Of a DNA stretch of 64,000 nucleotides, positions 50,603 through 61,056 are shown in pieces. Source of the DNA: Myxococcales bacterium (lineage in GTDB: Bacteria; Myxococcota_A; Polyangia; Polyangiales; DASUME01); NCBI GenBank assembly GCA_047601445.1, contig JASGJH010000001.1:3200001-3264000 (forward strand). The letters run 5' to 3'. Below the pieces are notes generated by a model. The model was not told the DNA's origin and ran no database searches. It was given only the letters and a program-made list of their open reading frames with translations. The translations under genes were made by a program, and so were the position numbers. Within the stretch, counting starts at the first letter, position 1, and each line of letters opens with the position of its first letter.

Positions 50603-51685
50603 ATGACGTCAATTCGTCGATTTGGTCGTGGATCTAGCTTCGGCTTTTGGTTTTCGAGGGCCGCTTGCCTCGCGTTGCTGATCTTGCCGTGGTTCGGCCC
50701 GATCGCGACCGGCCAGTCTCAAGACGCAGCCGGAGGCTCGGGGTCCAAGGCGCAGGCGCCCGCCGGTTCCCAGGCGGGCAATCCCAGTACCGGTCCTCAA
50801 GCTGGCGATGCCCACGCCCAGGAAGCCCTGGCGGCCATGGCGGTCGAGGGCAAGCCCAAGCGCGAGTTCGCGTTGTTCCGCACCGCGGCGCTCGACCCGA
50901 AACTGCAAGAGCTCGGCGCAGCGCTGGACCCAGTGGTGCTGTCGGAGCTCAACGCCATCGGCGGCATCGAGGTGGCAGCCCGCCCGGCTCTGGACTTGCC
51001 CGCGATGCAGCTGGCCATCGATTGCGTGGGTGAGATCGCCGAGTGCATGGCGGCGGTGGCGCGCGAGGCCGGCGTCGAAGCGCTTGTGGCTCCGGTGTTG
51101 CGCAGCAATGGCGACCTGGTACTCGTCACGTTGCTGTACTTCGATACGCGCGAGAACCAGATCAAGGGAGTGACGCGTCAGCTCGGTGGGCGCAGCGTGG
51201 CGCAGGCGATGTTGGACGCAGCGCCCGAGATGGTGCGGGAAGCCTTTGGTCTGCCGCCCGAGAGCGTCGAGTCCAGGCCCGCCACGGACAAGCCAGCACC
51301 GCTGCCACCTGCCGACGAGCCCTCTCCTGCGCGTCGCATCGTGCCTTGGGTGTTGTTGGGGGTCAGCGTCGCCACGGGCGCCGTAGGTATCGGCATGGGC
51401 GTGGCCTCGAACAAAGCCGAGGACCGCTACGGCAAGGGCTCGGTGAACACCGAACAGCAAATCGACGCCACGGTGAAGCACAAGGACGACGCCGAGGACA
51501 AGGCCCTGATCGCCAACGTGTGCTTCGGTATCGCGGGCGCGGCCGCCGTAGCGAGCTTCGCGACCTGGCTCGTCTTTCGCGAGCCTGCCAAGCAGAGCGA
51601 GCCGAGCGGCGGGAAGGTCGCCCTGGTGCCACAGTTCTCACGCTCGCAAGTGGGCCTGAGCCTGCAAGGAATGTTCGGACGATGA
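50603..51685 (+). CDS. Hypothetical exported/membrane protein of myxobacterial type
   Basis: Signal-like N-terminus, C..EIAEC motif, two C-terminal TM segments, terminal VGLSLQGMF. Confidence 0.7.
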   Translation: MTSIRRFGRGSSFGFWFSRAACLALLILPWFGPIATGQSQDAAGGSGSKAQAPAGSQAGNPSTGPQAGDAHAQEALAAMAVEGKPKREFALFRTAALDPKLQELGAALDPVVLSELNAIGGIEVAARPALDLPAMQLAIDCVGEIAECMAAVAREAGVEALVAPVLRSNGDLVLVTLLYFDTRENQIKGVTRQLGGRSVAQAMLDAAPEMVREAFGLPPESVESRPATDKPAPLPPADEPSPARRIVPWVLLGVSVATGAVGIGMGVASNKAEDRYGKGSVNTEQQIDATVKHKDDAEDKALIANVCFGIAGAAAVASFATWLVFREPAKQSEPSGGKVALVPQFSRSQVGLSLQGMFGR

Positions 51686-53064
51686 AGAGCCGCCTGTTCG
51701 CGCCCGGACTGGGGTTGACCGCGCTGTGGATCGCACTGAGCGGCTGCACGGTGGACTCCAAGACCAACAAGCTCTACCGCGGTGGCAAGTGCCCTGCCGG
51801 ACAGCACAACTACAAGGGCTTCTGCCTACCGGATGAAACTGGGTCGATGGACGGTGGCATGGGCGACCCGTGCGATCACGAAGGGGATCAGAAGCTCTGC
51901 TACGACGGCGACCTCGCGACCTCCCGGCAGCTGCCCTGCATGTCGGGCATAAGCACGTGCACGCACGGCTTCTGGTCGACTTGTGTGGGCCAGGTGCTGC
52001 CCAAACCCAAGGAAGAGTGCAACGGCGCCGACGACGACTGCGACTCCCAAATCGACGAGGAGGTCGGCGGTTCCGAATGCGACTCGGGCGTGCCCGGCGA
52101 GTGCGCGACGGGCATCCAGTACTGTAGCGGCGGCAAGGCGCACTGCCGTGCGCTCGCGGACAAGCAGCCCGAGATGTGCAACGCCAACCCCGAGCTGGTG
52201 CAAGACCTCGACTGCGATGGGCTGGCGGGAGATCAAGATCCCGACTTGCAGGCGCCCTGCTACGAGAGCAACGACCTGGGCTGCACCAAGCAGGCCGACG
52301 GCTCGTTCTCGTGCCGGGGCATCTGCCAGCCCGGCGTGAAGGGCTGTAGCGGCGTGTGCATGAACGCGGTCTACGCGGGCGAGGAAGAGCGCACGCCCCG
52401 GGTCGACGGCGGCCTGGCCGAGATCAAGAACGAAGACTGTGACGATCAGTTCGACGAAGGCTTTCCTTGCGATGACGGGCAGTACGCCTGCAGCACCATC
52501 CCGGCGGCCAATCAGGGGAAGGGCATCTGCAAGCCGGGTCGCCGCACCTGCAGTGGAGGCGTGCTGAGCGCCTGCGAGGACGAGATCAAGCCCGAGCCCG
52601 AGACCTGCGCCAACCTCGGTTTCGACAACGACTGCAACGGCAAGCTCGATGACATCCCGCTGCGCGGCCAGCTCTGCGGCTCTTCCGGAGCGCTCGGCGA
52701 GTGTGGTGAGGAGGCGGTCTGGGATTGCGAGGGCACAGAGCTGAAATGCAAGGCCGCCGCGGAGATGGCCGAGATCTGCGGCGATGAGAAGGACAACGAC
52801 TGCGACGGCGAGACCGACACCAGGTGCGGGAGCGCGAGCAACAAATGTTGTGGCCCGGCCTGTGTCAACACCAAGCAAAGCAACCTTCACTGCGGTGATT
52901 GCAACCACAAGTGCGAAGGGGCCACCTCGTGCTGCGATAGCAACTGCGTCGACATGACCACCGACCCCTTGAACTGCGGCGTGTGCGGCAAGAGGTGCAC
53001 GGTGCTCAACCTCGGGATCCTGATCATGACCACCTGCATGAACAGCGTCTGCCAGGGACTTTGA
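51682..53064 (+). CDS. Cys-rich lipoprotein with MopE-like (ECNGxDDDCDxxxDE) and STIG1-like repeats
   Basis: Lipobox IALSGC; EECNGADDDCDSQIDE, EICGDEKDNDCDGETD, DPLNCGVCGKRC. Confidence 0.85.
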   Translation: MKSRLFAPGLGLTALWIALSGCTVDSKTNKLYRGGKCPAGQHNYKGFCLPDETGSMDGGMGDPCDHEGDQKLCYDGDLATSRQLPCMSGISTCTHGFWSTCVGQVLPKPKEECNGADDDCDSQIDEEVGGSECDSGVPGECATGIQYCSGGKAHCRALADKQPEMCNANPELVQDLDCDGLAGDQDPDLQAPCYESNDLGCTKQADGSFSCRGICQPGVKGCSGVCMNAVYAGEEERTPRVDGGLAEIKNEDCDDQFDEGFPCDDGQYACSTIPAANQGKGICKPGRRTCSGGVLSACEDEIKPEPETCANLGFDNDCNGKLDDIPLRGQLCGSSGALGECGEEAVWDCEGTELKCKAAAEMAEICGDEKDNDCDGETDTRCGSASNKCCGPACVNTKQSNLHCGDCNHKCEGATSCCDSNCVDMTTDPLNCGVCGKRCTVLNLGILIMTTCMNSVCQGL

Positions 53065-53206
53065 GAGGCGCGAGCCGCGACGCCGTGGGCCACGCTGCGC
53101 GCCGAGCCGGTTGGCTTCGCTCACATGGCCGAAAGCCAGGCCTTGCCGACACTTCCCACATTGCCCCACCGTATTTTCTAATGATAGGGTGATCGCAGAC
53201 TGTTCG

Positions 53207-54865
53207 ATGACTGCGACTGCCCAGATACGCGATCCCCTCGTCGGCAGCCGGATCGATGGTCGCTACCTGATCCGCGGCGTGTTGGGACGCGGGGGCATGG
53301 GTGTGGTCTACGACGGGCTGCATGAGCAGCTCGGCCGCCCGGTGGCGATCAAGGTGCTCGGCGCGGGCCTGGTGACCGAGCCCTCCTCCATCGAGCGCTT
53401 CCTGCGTGAAGCGCGCACGGCCAGCAGCCTCACCCACGGCAACATCGTCGACGTCACCGACCTGGGCGAGCTCCCCGACGGGCGGCCCTATCTCGTGATG
53501 CCCAAGATGAACGGGCAGGACCTGCTCTCGATGCTGCGCGAGAAGGGACCGCAGAGCCCCACGCGTGTGGTGGAGCTCCTGCGCGGCGCCGCATCTGCGC
53601 TCGACGTGATCCACGCCAAGGGGCTGGTGCACCGCGACGTGAAGCCCGAGAACCTGATGCACGTGGTGCACGATGATGGCTCCGAGTCCGTGCGCTTGCT
53701 GGACTTCGGCATCGTGGCGTTGACCAAGCAGGATCAGCGGCTGACGGCGGAAGGTGTGGTGTTCGGCACGCCGGTCTATCTGGCGCCGGAGATCATGGAC
53801 TGTGACGAGCCCGACGCGCGCGCCGACGTGTACTCGCTGGCGGTGGTTGCCTTCGAGCTGCTGACGGGCCGCGCGCCCTTCGAGGCCAATACCTCCATCC
53901 GCATCATGCAGATGAAGACCAGCCTCGACGCGCCCACGATGGAAGCCATCTGCGGCCTGCAGTTCGGCAAGCAGATCGAAGAGGTCGTGGGGCGCGGACT
54001 GCAGCGAGATCCCAAGAAGCGCTTCGCGAGCGCCGGCGAATTCGTGCGCGCGCTCGACGGAGCTACCCGCGGGGCCAGTGATCCCGCGCTGGGGATCGAC
54101 CTCGACCAGCGCGGCAAGGCCCTCTCCTCACGCATCGGCGCGTTGCCCACGCTGGATGGGCCCGCTGTCTTCAGACCCGACGCGAAGACCTATCGCGCGA
54201 CCCTCGCGGAGCGCTTGGCACGACGCCGCGGGCTCCTGATCGCGGCCTGCGTGGGGCCCCTGGTGGGAGCCGCTTTGGCCTGGGGTTTCCCGGACAGCGA
54301 CGGCGAGGTGCCACACGGCCGCGCCAGCGCGGCGCATCAGGTACCTCAGCTGCCGGAGCCCGTTCTACCCGCACCGAGCCATGCGCCCGAGCCTGCCCAG
54401 CCTGCCGATCCCGTACCCATCGTGCGCGTGATGGACATTGCCGAGCTCGAGCGCGAACAGGGCCTCACGAAAGTACCGACTCGCGCGCCGCGCAAAGCAG
54501 CTCCGCGCAGCGACAAGCCTGCCAACACCAACGCAAGCCCAGGCGCCAGTGTGCCTGCCGTGAGCGCGCCCAGCGCTCCGCCGGTAGCCAACCCTTCGAA
54601 CGGAGCCGCAGGTGCCGACCTCGTGAAGGCCGCCGCGCAGGCGCTGGTGATGGGACAGCTCGACCTCGCCGACAAGCTCTACACCGACGCCACCCGCAAG
54701 GAGCCCAACAACGCCGCCGCCTGGCGCGGACTCGGACTCACGAGCGAGCGCCTGGGACGGCGCGAAGTGGCCATCAGTGCGTTCCAGCGATCCCTGCAGA
54801 TCGCGCCCACGGGCGCTCAGGCGGACTCGATCCGGGCGCGCTTGAGCAAGCTCACCGGGAGCTAG
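53207..54865 (+). CDS. Membrane Ser/Thr protein kinase with C-terminal TPR
   Basis: GRGGMGVV, VAIK, HRDVKPEN, DFG, GTPVYLAPE, TM, Pro-rich linker, AAAWRGLG TPR. Confidence 0.93.
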   Translation: MTATAQIRDPLVGSRIDGRYLIRGVLGRGGMGVVYDGLHEQLGRPVAIKVLGAGLVTEPSSIERFLREARTASSLTHGNIVDVTDLGELPDGRPYLVMPKMNGQDLLSMLREKGPQSPTRVVELLRGAASALDVIHAKGLVHRDVKPENLMHVVHDDGSESVRLLDFGIVALTKQDQRLTAEGVVFGTPVYLAPEIMDCDEPDARADVYSLAVVAFELLTGRAPFEANTSIRIMQMKTSLDAPTMEAICGLQFGKQIEEVVGRGLQRDPKKRFASAGEFVRALDGATRGASDPALGIDLDQRGKALSSRIGALPTLDGPAVFRPDAKTYRATLAERLARRRGLLIAACVGPLVGAALAWGFPDSDGEVPHGRASAAHQVPQLPEPVLPAPSHAPEPAQPADPVPIVRVMDIAELEREQGLTKVPTRAPRKAAPRSDKPANTNASPGASVPAVSAPSAPPVANPSNGAAGADLVKAAAQALVMGQLDLADKLYTDATRKEPNNAAAWRGLGLTSERLGRREVAISAFQRSLQIAPTGAQADSIRARLSKLTGS

Positions 54866-54889
54866 TGCTGCCGCAGTAACGTGAAGTGA

Positions 54890-55744
54890 CTACGTAGTAC
54901 GAGTCCGGGCGAACACGCTGAGAGCGACGCCGCCCAGGATCACGAGACCGCTCACCACCAGGCGCGCGGATACCGACTCTCCCAAGAGCAGCACGCCGAA
55001 CCAGGCAGCGATCAAGGGGACCATGAGCTGCAGCAGCGCCGCCCCACTCGCGCTCAGGCTGCGTAGCGCGGCGTACCACAAGCTGTAACCGAGACCCGAG
55101 GCGAGAGCCCCGGATGCGAGCGCGCATAGGAGTCCCATAGGCTGCGCCCGCGGTTGGGAGACGCTCGAGGCGATGCCCCATAACAGGGCCGAGGGCAGCA
55201 CGGACACCGCAAAGGTGGTGGCCGTGGAACGCAACGGATCGCGCGCCAACCTGCGCCCCCGCAGCGAGTACAGGCCCCACGCCAGCCCGGCCAAGACCAT
55301 CCACATGGCACCCGCGGGATCGGGCGCGGATACGCCGGGCCAGCTGAGTCCGAGGAGCCCCGCGACCGACAGCCCCCAACCGAGCCAGCCCAGCGGCGAC
55401 AGACGTTCCCCGGCCAGGAGGCTCCCCATGAGCATGGTGACCTGGACGGCGCCGAACAACAGCAGCGCCCCCGAGCCTGTGTTCAGCCGCAGATAGGCAT
55501 AGGAAAACGGGGCCGCATAGGCGAACAGCGCGGCCACCGAGCGCAGATCCACGGGCAACCACGGCGCGCCGTCACGGAGCTGGGCCAGGAAGGCCAACAC
55601 TACAGCGCCACTCAGCATGCGAACCAGCGTGAAGCTGGCCGGATCGATCAGGTCACCACGCAGGGCCACGCGACAGAGCACGGAGTTGGCAGCGAACGCG
55701 ACCAATGCGAGTGCCGTGTAGAGCCGATGCGAAGAAGCGGGCAT
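54890..55744 (-). CDS. DMT/EamA family transporter
   Basis: AFAANSVLCR, two EamA-like halves, LLGESVS. Confidence 0.88.
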   Translation of the reverse strand: MPASSHRLYTALALVAFAANSVLCRVALRGDLIDPASFTLVRMLSGAVVLAFLAQLRDGAPWLPVDLRSVAALFAYAAPFSYAYLRLNTGSGALLLFGAVQVTMLMGSLLAGERLSPLGWLGWGLSVAGLLGLSWPGVSAPDPAGAMWMVLAGLAWGLYSLRGRRLARDPLRSTATTFAVSVLPSALLWGIASSVSQPRAQPMGLLCALASGALASGLGYSLWYAALRSLSASGAALLQLMVPLIAAWFGVLLLGESVSARLVVSGLVILGGVALSVFARTRTT

Positions 55745-55773
55745 GCCAGGGTGGCCCTGAGTATGCTGCATCG

Positions 55774-58047
55774 ATGGCGGATCTTCCCCAACGGGACTTC
55801 GAACCTTACATCGCCGAAACGGCCCAGCTGAGGGAGCTCAGCGTCCGCGGCATCTTGGCCGGCACCGTGCTCGGCATGATCTTCGGAGCGTCCTCGCTGT
55901 ACCTGGTGCTCAAGGTCGGGCTCACGGTGAGCGCCTCGATTCCAGTGGCCGTCATCTCCATCACGCTGTTTCGCCTGGCTCACAAGCTCGGCATCCAGGA
56001 CGCCACTATCCTCGAGAACAACATCGTGCAGACCGCGGGCAGCGCGGGCGAGTCCATCGCGTTCGGCGTCGGCGTGACCATGCCGGCGATCATGATCCTG
56101 GGCTTCGACCTGGCCGTGACGCGGGTGATGTTGGTGAGCGTGCTCGGAGGCTTGCTGGGCATCTTGATGATGATCCCGTTGCGGCGCGCGTTGATCGTGG
56201 CGCAGCACGACGTGCTCAAGTACCCCGAGGGCACGGCTTGCGCCGAGGTGCTCAAGGCGAGCGCGTCCGACGAATCCAAGGCAGCGGCATCTCCGTCGGC
56301 CAAGGCCGAAATCGAGGCGGCGCGGGCCAAGGGCCTGAGCGCGGGCGCCAACGCCACCACCATCTTCACCGGCTTCGGCATCGGGCTCGTCTACAAGACT
56401 GCGATGAACGCCTTCAAGCTGTGGAAGGACACGCCCGAGAAGGTGTTCGGCCCGCCGCTCAAGGCGGGTTCGGTGGCGGCCGACATCTCGCCGGAGCTGC
56501 TCGGCGTGGGCTACATCATCGGACCCCGCATCGCTTCGGTGATGTGCGCGGGCGGTGTGCTCGCCTATCTCGTGCTGATTCCGTTGATCAAGTTCTTCGG
56601 GGACGCCATTCCCGAGGCGCTGGCACCAGGCACGTTGCCGATTCGCGAGATGGGTCCCGGGCAGATCCGCCAGGCCTACGTGCTCTACATCGGCGCGGGG
56701 GCGGTCACCGCGGGCGGGCTCGTCAGCCTGATCCGCTCGCTACCCACCATCTGGCAAGGCCTGAAAGAGGGCCTCAAGGACGTGCGCTCCCAGGGCCCCA
56801 GCCAGAACGGCCAGCTGCGCACGGAGCACGACTTGCCCGCCAAGTTCCTGGCCGCAGGCGGCGTGCTGTTGCTGCTCGCCATCACGCTCGCGCCACAGCT
56901 CCATATGAACCTGCTAGGCGCCGTGTTGATCGCGCTGTTCGGCTTCTTGTTCGTGACTGTCTCCTCGCGCCTCACCGGTGAAATCGGCTCCTCGTCGAAC
57001 CCCATCTCGGGCATGACGGTGGCCACGCTGCTGCTCACCTGCCTGGTGTTCGTGGTGCTCGGCTGGACCGGCCCGAGCTACTACGTGACCGCGCTGTCGG
57101 TGGGAGCCATCGTGTGCATCGCCGCATCCAACGGCGGCACCACATCGCAGGATTTGAAGACGGGCTATCTCATCGGAGCGACCCCGCGTTCCCAGCAGAT
57201 CGCCATCTTGATCGGCGCCCTGGCATCGGCCCTGCTCTTGGGTCCCATCTTGCTCAAGCTCAATGAGGTGGGCACCGTCTACGTGCCCGTCTCCCAGCTC
57301 GCCCCCAAGGGCCTCAGCGCGCCCATGGAGGCCGTGAGCGACGACACCGAATCACTGCAAGGTCCCCAGGCCGCCCAGGACAGCATGAGCTACCGCGTGT
57401 GGCACAAGACCGACGCGCACGAGGCTCCGGCCGGCAAGTACCTCGTGGACGCGAGCGGGCGCGCCGTATGGTTGGTCGACCCGGGCATCAACGGCGCCTT
57501 CGACACGCGCCCCGACGGCAGCAAGGTGAAGAAGTTCGACGCGCCCAAGGCCACCCTGATGAGTTACATCATCAAGGGCATCCTGGACCGCCAGCTGCCC
57601 TGGGGACTCGTGCTGTTCGGCGTGATGATCGCGCTGGTGCTCGAGATGAGCGGCATCGGTTCACTGGCCTTCGCGGTGGGCGTATACCTGCCGATCTCCG
57701 CCACCACGCCCATCCTGGTGGGCGGCGCGGTGCGCTGGCTGGTGGATCGGCAGCGGCGTCAGGAGCTGCACGGCAAGAACCTGTCGGAGGAAGAGCTGGT
57801 GGCCGAGGGCGACAAGAGCGCGGGCGTATTGATGGCCTCGGGCTACATCGCAGGTGGCGCCATCGCGGGCATCGTGATCGCGTTCGTGGCGGGCGTGCTC
57901 GACCGCGTCGACCATGCGCTCACCAGCTGGGCCACGGAGCACAACCCCTTCTTCGCGGGCCCTCACGCGGACGTGCTCGCGTTGTTGCCCTTCGTGGCGG
58001 TGACCCTGCTCCTGTACCTCACCGCGCGCGAACGTATCCTGCGGTGA
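55774..58047 (+). CDS. OPT family oligopeptide transporter
   Basis: LKVGLTVSASIP, ENNIVQT, YPEGTACA, SPELLGVGYIIG, SSNPISGM, QDLKTG, APKATLM. Confidence 0.93.
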   Translation: MADLPQRDFEPYIAETAQLRELSVRGILAGTVLGMIFGASSLYLVLKVGLTVSASIPVAVISITLFRLAHKLGIQDATILENNIVQTAGSAGESIAFGVGVTMPAIMILGFDLAVTRVMLVSVLGGLLGILMMIPLRRALIVAQHDVLKYPEGTACAEVLKASASDESKAAASPSAKAEIEAARAKGLSAGANATTIFTGFGIGLVYKTAMNAFKLWKDTPEKVFGPPLKAGSVAADISPELLGVGYIIGPRIASVMCAGGVLAYLVLIPLIKFFGDAIPEALAPGTLPIREMGPGQIRQAYVLYIGAGAVTAGGLVSLIRSLPTIWQGLKEGLKDVRSQGPSQNGQLRTEHDLPAKFLAAGGVLLLLAITLAPQLHMNLLGAVLIALFGFLFVTVSSRLTGEIGSSSNPISGMTVATLLLTCLVFVVLGWTGPSYYVTALSVGAIVCIAASNGGTTSQDLKTGYLIGATPRSQQIAILIGALASALLLGPILLKLNEVGTVYVPVSQLAPKGLSAPMEAVSDDTESLQGPQAAQDSMSYRVWHKTDAHEAPAGKYLVDASGRAVWLVDPGINGAFDTRPDGSKVKKFDAPKATLMSYIIKGILDRQLPWGLVLFGVMIALVLEMSGIGSLAFAVGVYLPISATTPILVGGAVRWLVDRQRRQELHGKNLSEEELVAEGDKSAGVLMASGYIAGGAIAGIVIAFVAGVLDRVDHALTSWATEHNPFFAGPHADVLALLPFVAVTLLLYLTARERILR

Positions 58048-58092
58048 TCCCAGCCGGAGCGAACTTGCCGCGCACTTTGGGCACGCTGGAAC

Positions 58093-59053
58093 TCACGCGA
58101 AGGTGAACAGCGCGGCCAACGTCGAGCCCCGCAGGCGTTCCTTGATGTTCACGAGTTCGGTGTCGGCGTAGGGCTCGCGCGGCGAATGGCCCCACACCGG
58201 TCCGGGCCAGGCCGGATCCCCGAGTCGGCGCGCCACGTGATGGAGATGGTACTGCCGGACCACGTTGCCGAGCGCCGCCACGTTGATCTTGTCGGCGCCG
58301 AACTCGCTCCTCAGGGCGCGTGAGAATCGCGCTGCTCTCGTCGGAGAGCTGGCGGCGATCCGCGTTGGACAGCTCGTCGAGCTCGGTGATACCTGCTCGC
58401 TTGGGCACCAGGATCAGCCACGGGTAGCGGCGCTCGTTCATCAGCAGCAAGAGTCCGAGCTCCGACTCGGCCAAGAGAACCGTGTCCCCGGCCAGCCTGG
58501 GATCGAGATCGAAGGTCGCCCCGTTCAAGAGCTCCGCCAGCAGCTCGCGCCCGGCCGGCCAGGTGCCGAGGCACGAGTCGGCGTTGATGTGGCCGAGCAG
58601 TCCCAGGTCCACGAAGCGGCTGCCCCAGGCACGGGCCAGAGCCTCGGCTCGGTCGATAGAAACGTAAGGGTCATTGCGACTGGCCACCACGAGCGACGGA
58701 AACCCCAGGCTCCCGCGGGGCAGGGGAGCAAAGCTCGCGAGGTCGGGAAACCCCGGTACCAGCGAGTCGACGTCGGCGGGGGCCACCAGCAGGGCGCCGA
58801 GCACGGAAGCGCGCGGCGCAGACTGTCCCCAATGCGCGACCAGTGCCGCACCGAGGCTATGGGCGACCAGCACGGCCGGCTCGGACGAGGCTGAAACGGC
58901 CTGTTCCAGGCTCGCCATCCAGGCCGAAAGGTCCGGTTTTTCCCAGTCAGATTGCTGCACTCGCCGGCAGCGTGCGTCGAGGCGCTCCCAGGCGCTCTGC
59001 CAGTGCTCGGGCCCGGAGCCCGACAAGCCGGGGACGATCAAGAGGCGCGTCAT
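58093..59053 (-). CDS. YdeN/RBBP9 alpha/beta hydrolase fused to a HIT domain, with one +1 frameshift at about 58324-58328
   Basis: VPGLSGSGPEHWQ, AHSLG, SRNDPY, GHIN, then LDPRLAGD..RYPWLILVP; after repair KINVAALGNVVRQYHLHHVAR..DPAWPGPVWG; 319 aa. Confidence 0.8.
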
Positions 59054-59254
59054 GGAGCCAGTCTTGGCACGGTCTGGAGAGCGGGACGAGCACGGCGGCA
59101 GTCCGAAACCCCGGGTCGCCAGGCTCGAACACGGTAGGAAACGCCCGGAACCCGCGCGCCCCGGCAGCGCGCGAAAAAGAGCTCGGGGGTGCGCCGGCAG
59201 CGCTACCCGTATTTGAGGGTGTTAGGATACGTTGCCGAAGGGGGCGCTGAGCGC

Positions 59255-60940
59255 ATGGCGGAGGTCTCGCTCGAGGAGAAAGTACAGCGGCTGGAGCTCG
59301 TGCAGCGAGTGGGGGTCGCACTCTCCGCCGAACGCAACCGAGACCGCCTGCTCGAGACCATCCTCGGCGAGGCCCAGAAGCTCTGCAACGCGGACGGCGG
59401 CACGCTCTACCTGAGGACCGAGGACGATCACCTGCGCTTCACCATCCTGCGCAGCGAATCACTCGGCACGAACTTGGGCGGCACCACGGGCAAGCCCATC
59501 AACTTTCCCACCATCCCCATGTTCGACGCCGACACCAAGCGGCCGAACATGCGCAACGTGGCGACCTATTGTGCGGTCACTAAACGCACCATCAACATCC
59601 CCGACGCCTATCACGCGAGCGGCTTCGACTTCTCCGGCACGCAAGCCTTCGACAAGCGGAACAACTATCGCAGCAAGTCCTTCCTGACGATTCCGATGGT
59701 GAACCAGGAAGACAACGTGATCGGGGTGCTCCAGCTGATCAACGCGCGCGACCGCGAGAGCTCCGAGATCATGGCCTTCCGTGAGGAAGACGTGGCGGTG
59801 GTGAACGCGCTCGCCTCCCAGGCGGCCGTGGCGCTCGACAACCAGCAGTTGCTCGAGCAACAGCGCGAACTCCTCGAGAGCTTCATCCAGGCCATCGCGT
59901 CGGCCATCGACGCCAAGAGTCATCACACGGGCGCGCACTGCGAGCGCGTACCGGTGCTGACACTGATGATCGCCCAAGCCGTGGTGGAGACTGGCGAGGG
60001 ACCGCTGGCCGACTTCTCGCTGAGCGAGGACGAGCTCTACGAGCTGAAGATCGCGGCCTGGATGCACGACTGCGGCAAGGTCACCACGCCGGTGCACGTG
60101 ATCGACAAGGCCCGCAAGCTCGAGACCATCGTCGACCGCATGCAGATGGTGCGTACGCGCTTCGAGGTGCTCAAGCGCGACGCCGAGATTGCACACCTCA
60201 AGCGACTCGCCAACGGGGCTGACCGGTCGGAGTCCACGGCAGAGTTCGAGGGGCTCCACGCGCAACTGGAGGCCGAGCTTCAGTTCCTGGAGAAGGCCAA
60301 CGTGGGCAGCGAGTTCTTGCCCCCCGAGGCCCAGGCCCGCATCGCGGAGCTCGCCCAGCGCAGCTACGACGAAGGCGGCAAACCGCGCTCCCTGCTGAGC
60401 GAGAACGAGGTCGAAAACCTGAGCATCTCGCGCGGCACGCTCACTCAAGCGGAGCGCGTGATCATCAACCGCCACATGGTGGAGACCATCAAGATGCTCG
60501 AGGCCCTGCCCTTCCCGCGCAACCTGCGGCGGGTGCCGGAGTACGCCGGCGGCCACCACGAGAAGATGGACGGCCAGGGCTATCCCAAGGGCATCTACGC
60601 GGGTGACATGAGTGTGCCTGCGCGCATCATGGCCATCGCGGACGTGTTCGAGGCACTCACGGCCCAGGATCGCCCGTACAAGCAACCCATGAAGCTGAGT
60701 GAGGCCATGCGCATCATGAGCTTCATGAAGCGCGACAACCACCTGGACCCGGACTTGTTCGACGTGTTCGTGCGGTCCGGAGTGTATCGGCGCTACGGTG
60801 AGCGTTACCTTCCCCCGGAGCTGCTGGATGCGGTGGACGAGGCGAGTTTGCTCGCGCTCAAGCCCAAACCCTTCGAGCTGCCCCCGGCCGAAGAACGCCA
60901 ACAGCGCTGGCAAGGTTTCATCGCGCCCTACAACGACTGA
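59255..60940 (+). CDS. GAF plus HD-GYP cyclic dinucleotide phosphodiesterase
   Basis: GAF (YRSKSFLTIPM..GVLQLIN), HCERV, MHDCGK, HHEKMDGQGYP, ADVFEALT..RPYK. Confidence 0.92.
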   Translation: MAEVSLEEKVQRLELVQRVGVALSAERNRDRLLETILGEAQKLCNADGGTLYLRTEDDHLRFTILRSESLGTNLGGTTGKPINFPTIPMFDADTKRPNMRNVATYCAVTKRTINIPDAYHASGFDFSGTQAFDKRNNYRSKSFLTIPMVNQEDNVIGVLQLINARDRESSEIMAFREEDVAVVNALASQAAVALDNQQLLEQQRELLESFIQAIASAIDAKSHHTGAHCERVPVLTLMIAQAVVETGEGPLADFSLSEDELYELKIAAWMHDCGKVTTPVHVIDKARKLETIVDRMQMVRTRFEVLKRDAEIAHLKRLANGADRSESTAEFEGLHAQLEAELQFLEKANVGSEFLPPEAQARIAELAQRSYDEGGKPRSLLSENEVENLSISRGTLTQAERVIINRHMVETIKMLEALPFPRNLRRVPEYAGGHHEKMDGQGYPKGIYAGDMSVPARIMAIADVFEALTAQDRPYKQPMKLSEAMRIMSFMKRDNHLDPDLFDVFVRSGVYRRYGERYLPPELLDAVDEASLLALKPKPFELPPAEERQQRWQGFIAPYND

Positions 60941-60957
60941 AACGACACGCTGAGCTG

Positions 60958-61000
60958 CGTGAGCGCAGCGAACCTCGCGGTGGGGTGGGACCCGGCGCAG
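60958..61000. repeat. REP-like element, third copy
   Basis: 42/43 nt identical to 48711-48753. Confidence 0.8.
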
Positions 61001-61056
61001 CTTTGCTGCGACGGGCGGGGAGGTCGCGTGACCTCCCCGTCTGCTACCGTTGGCGG

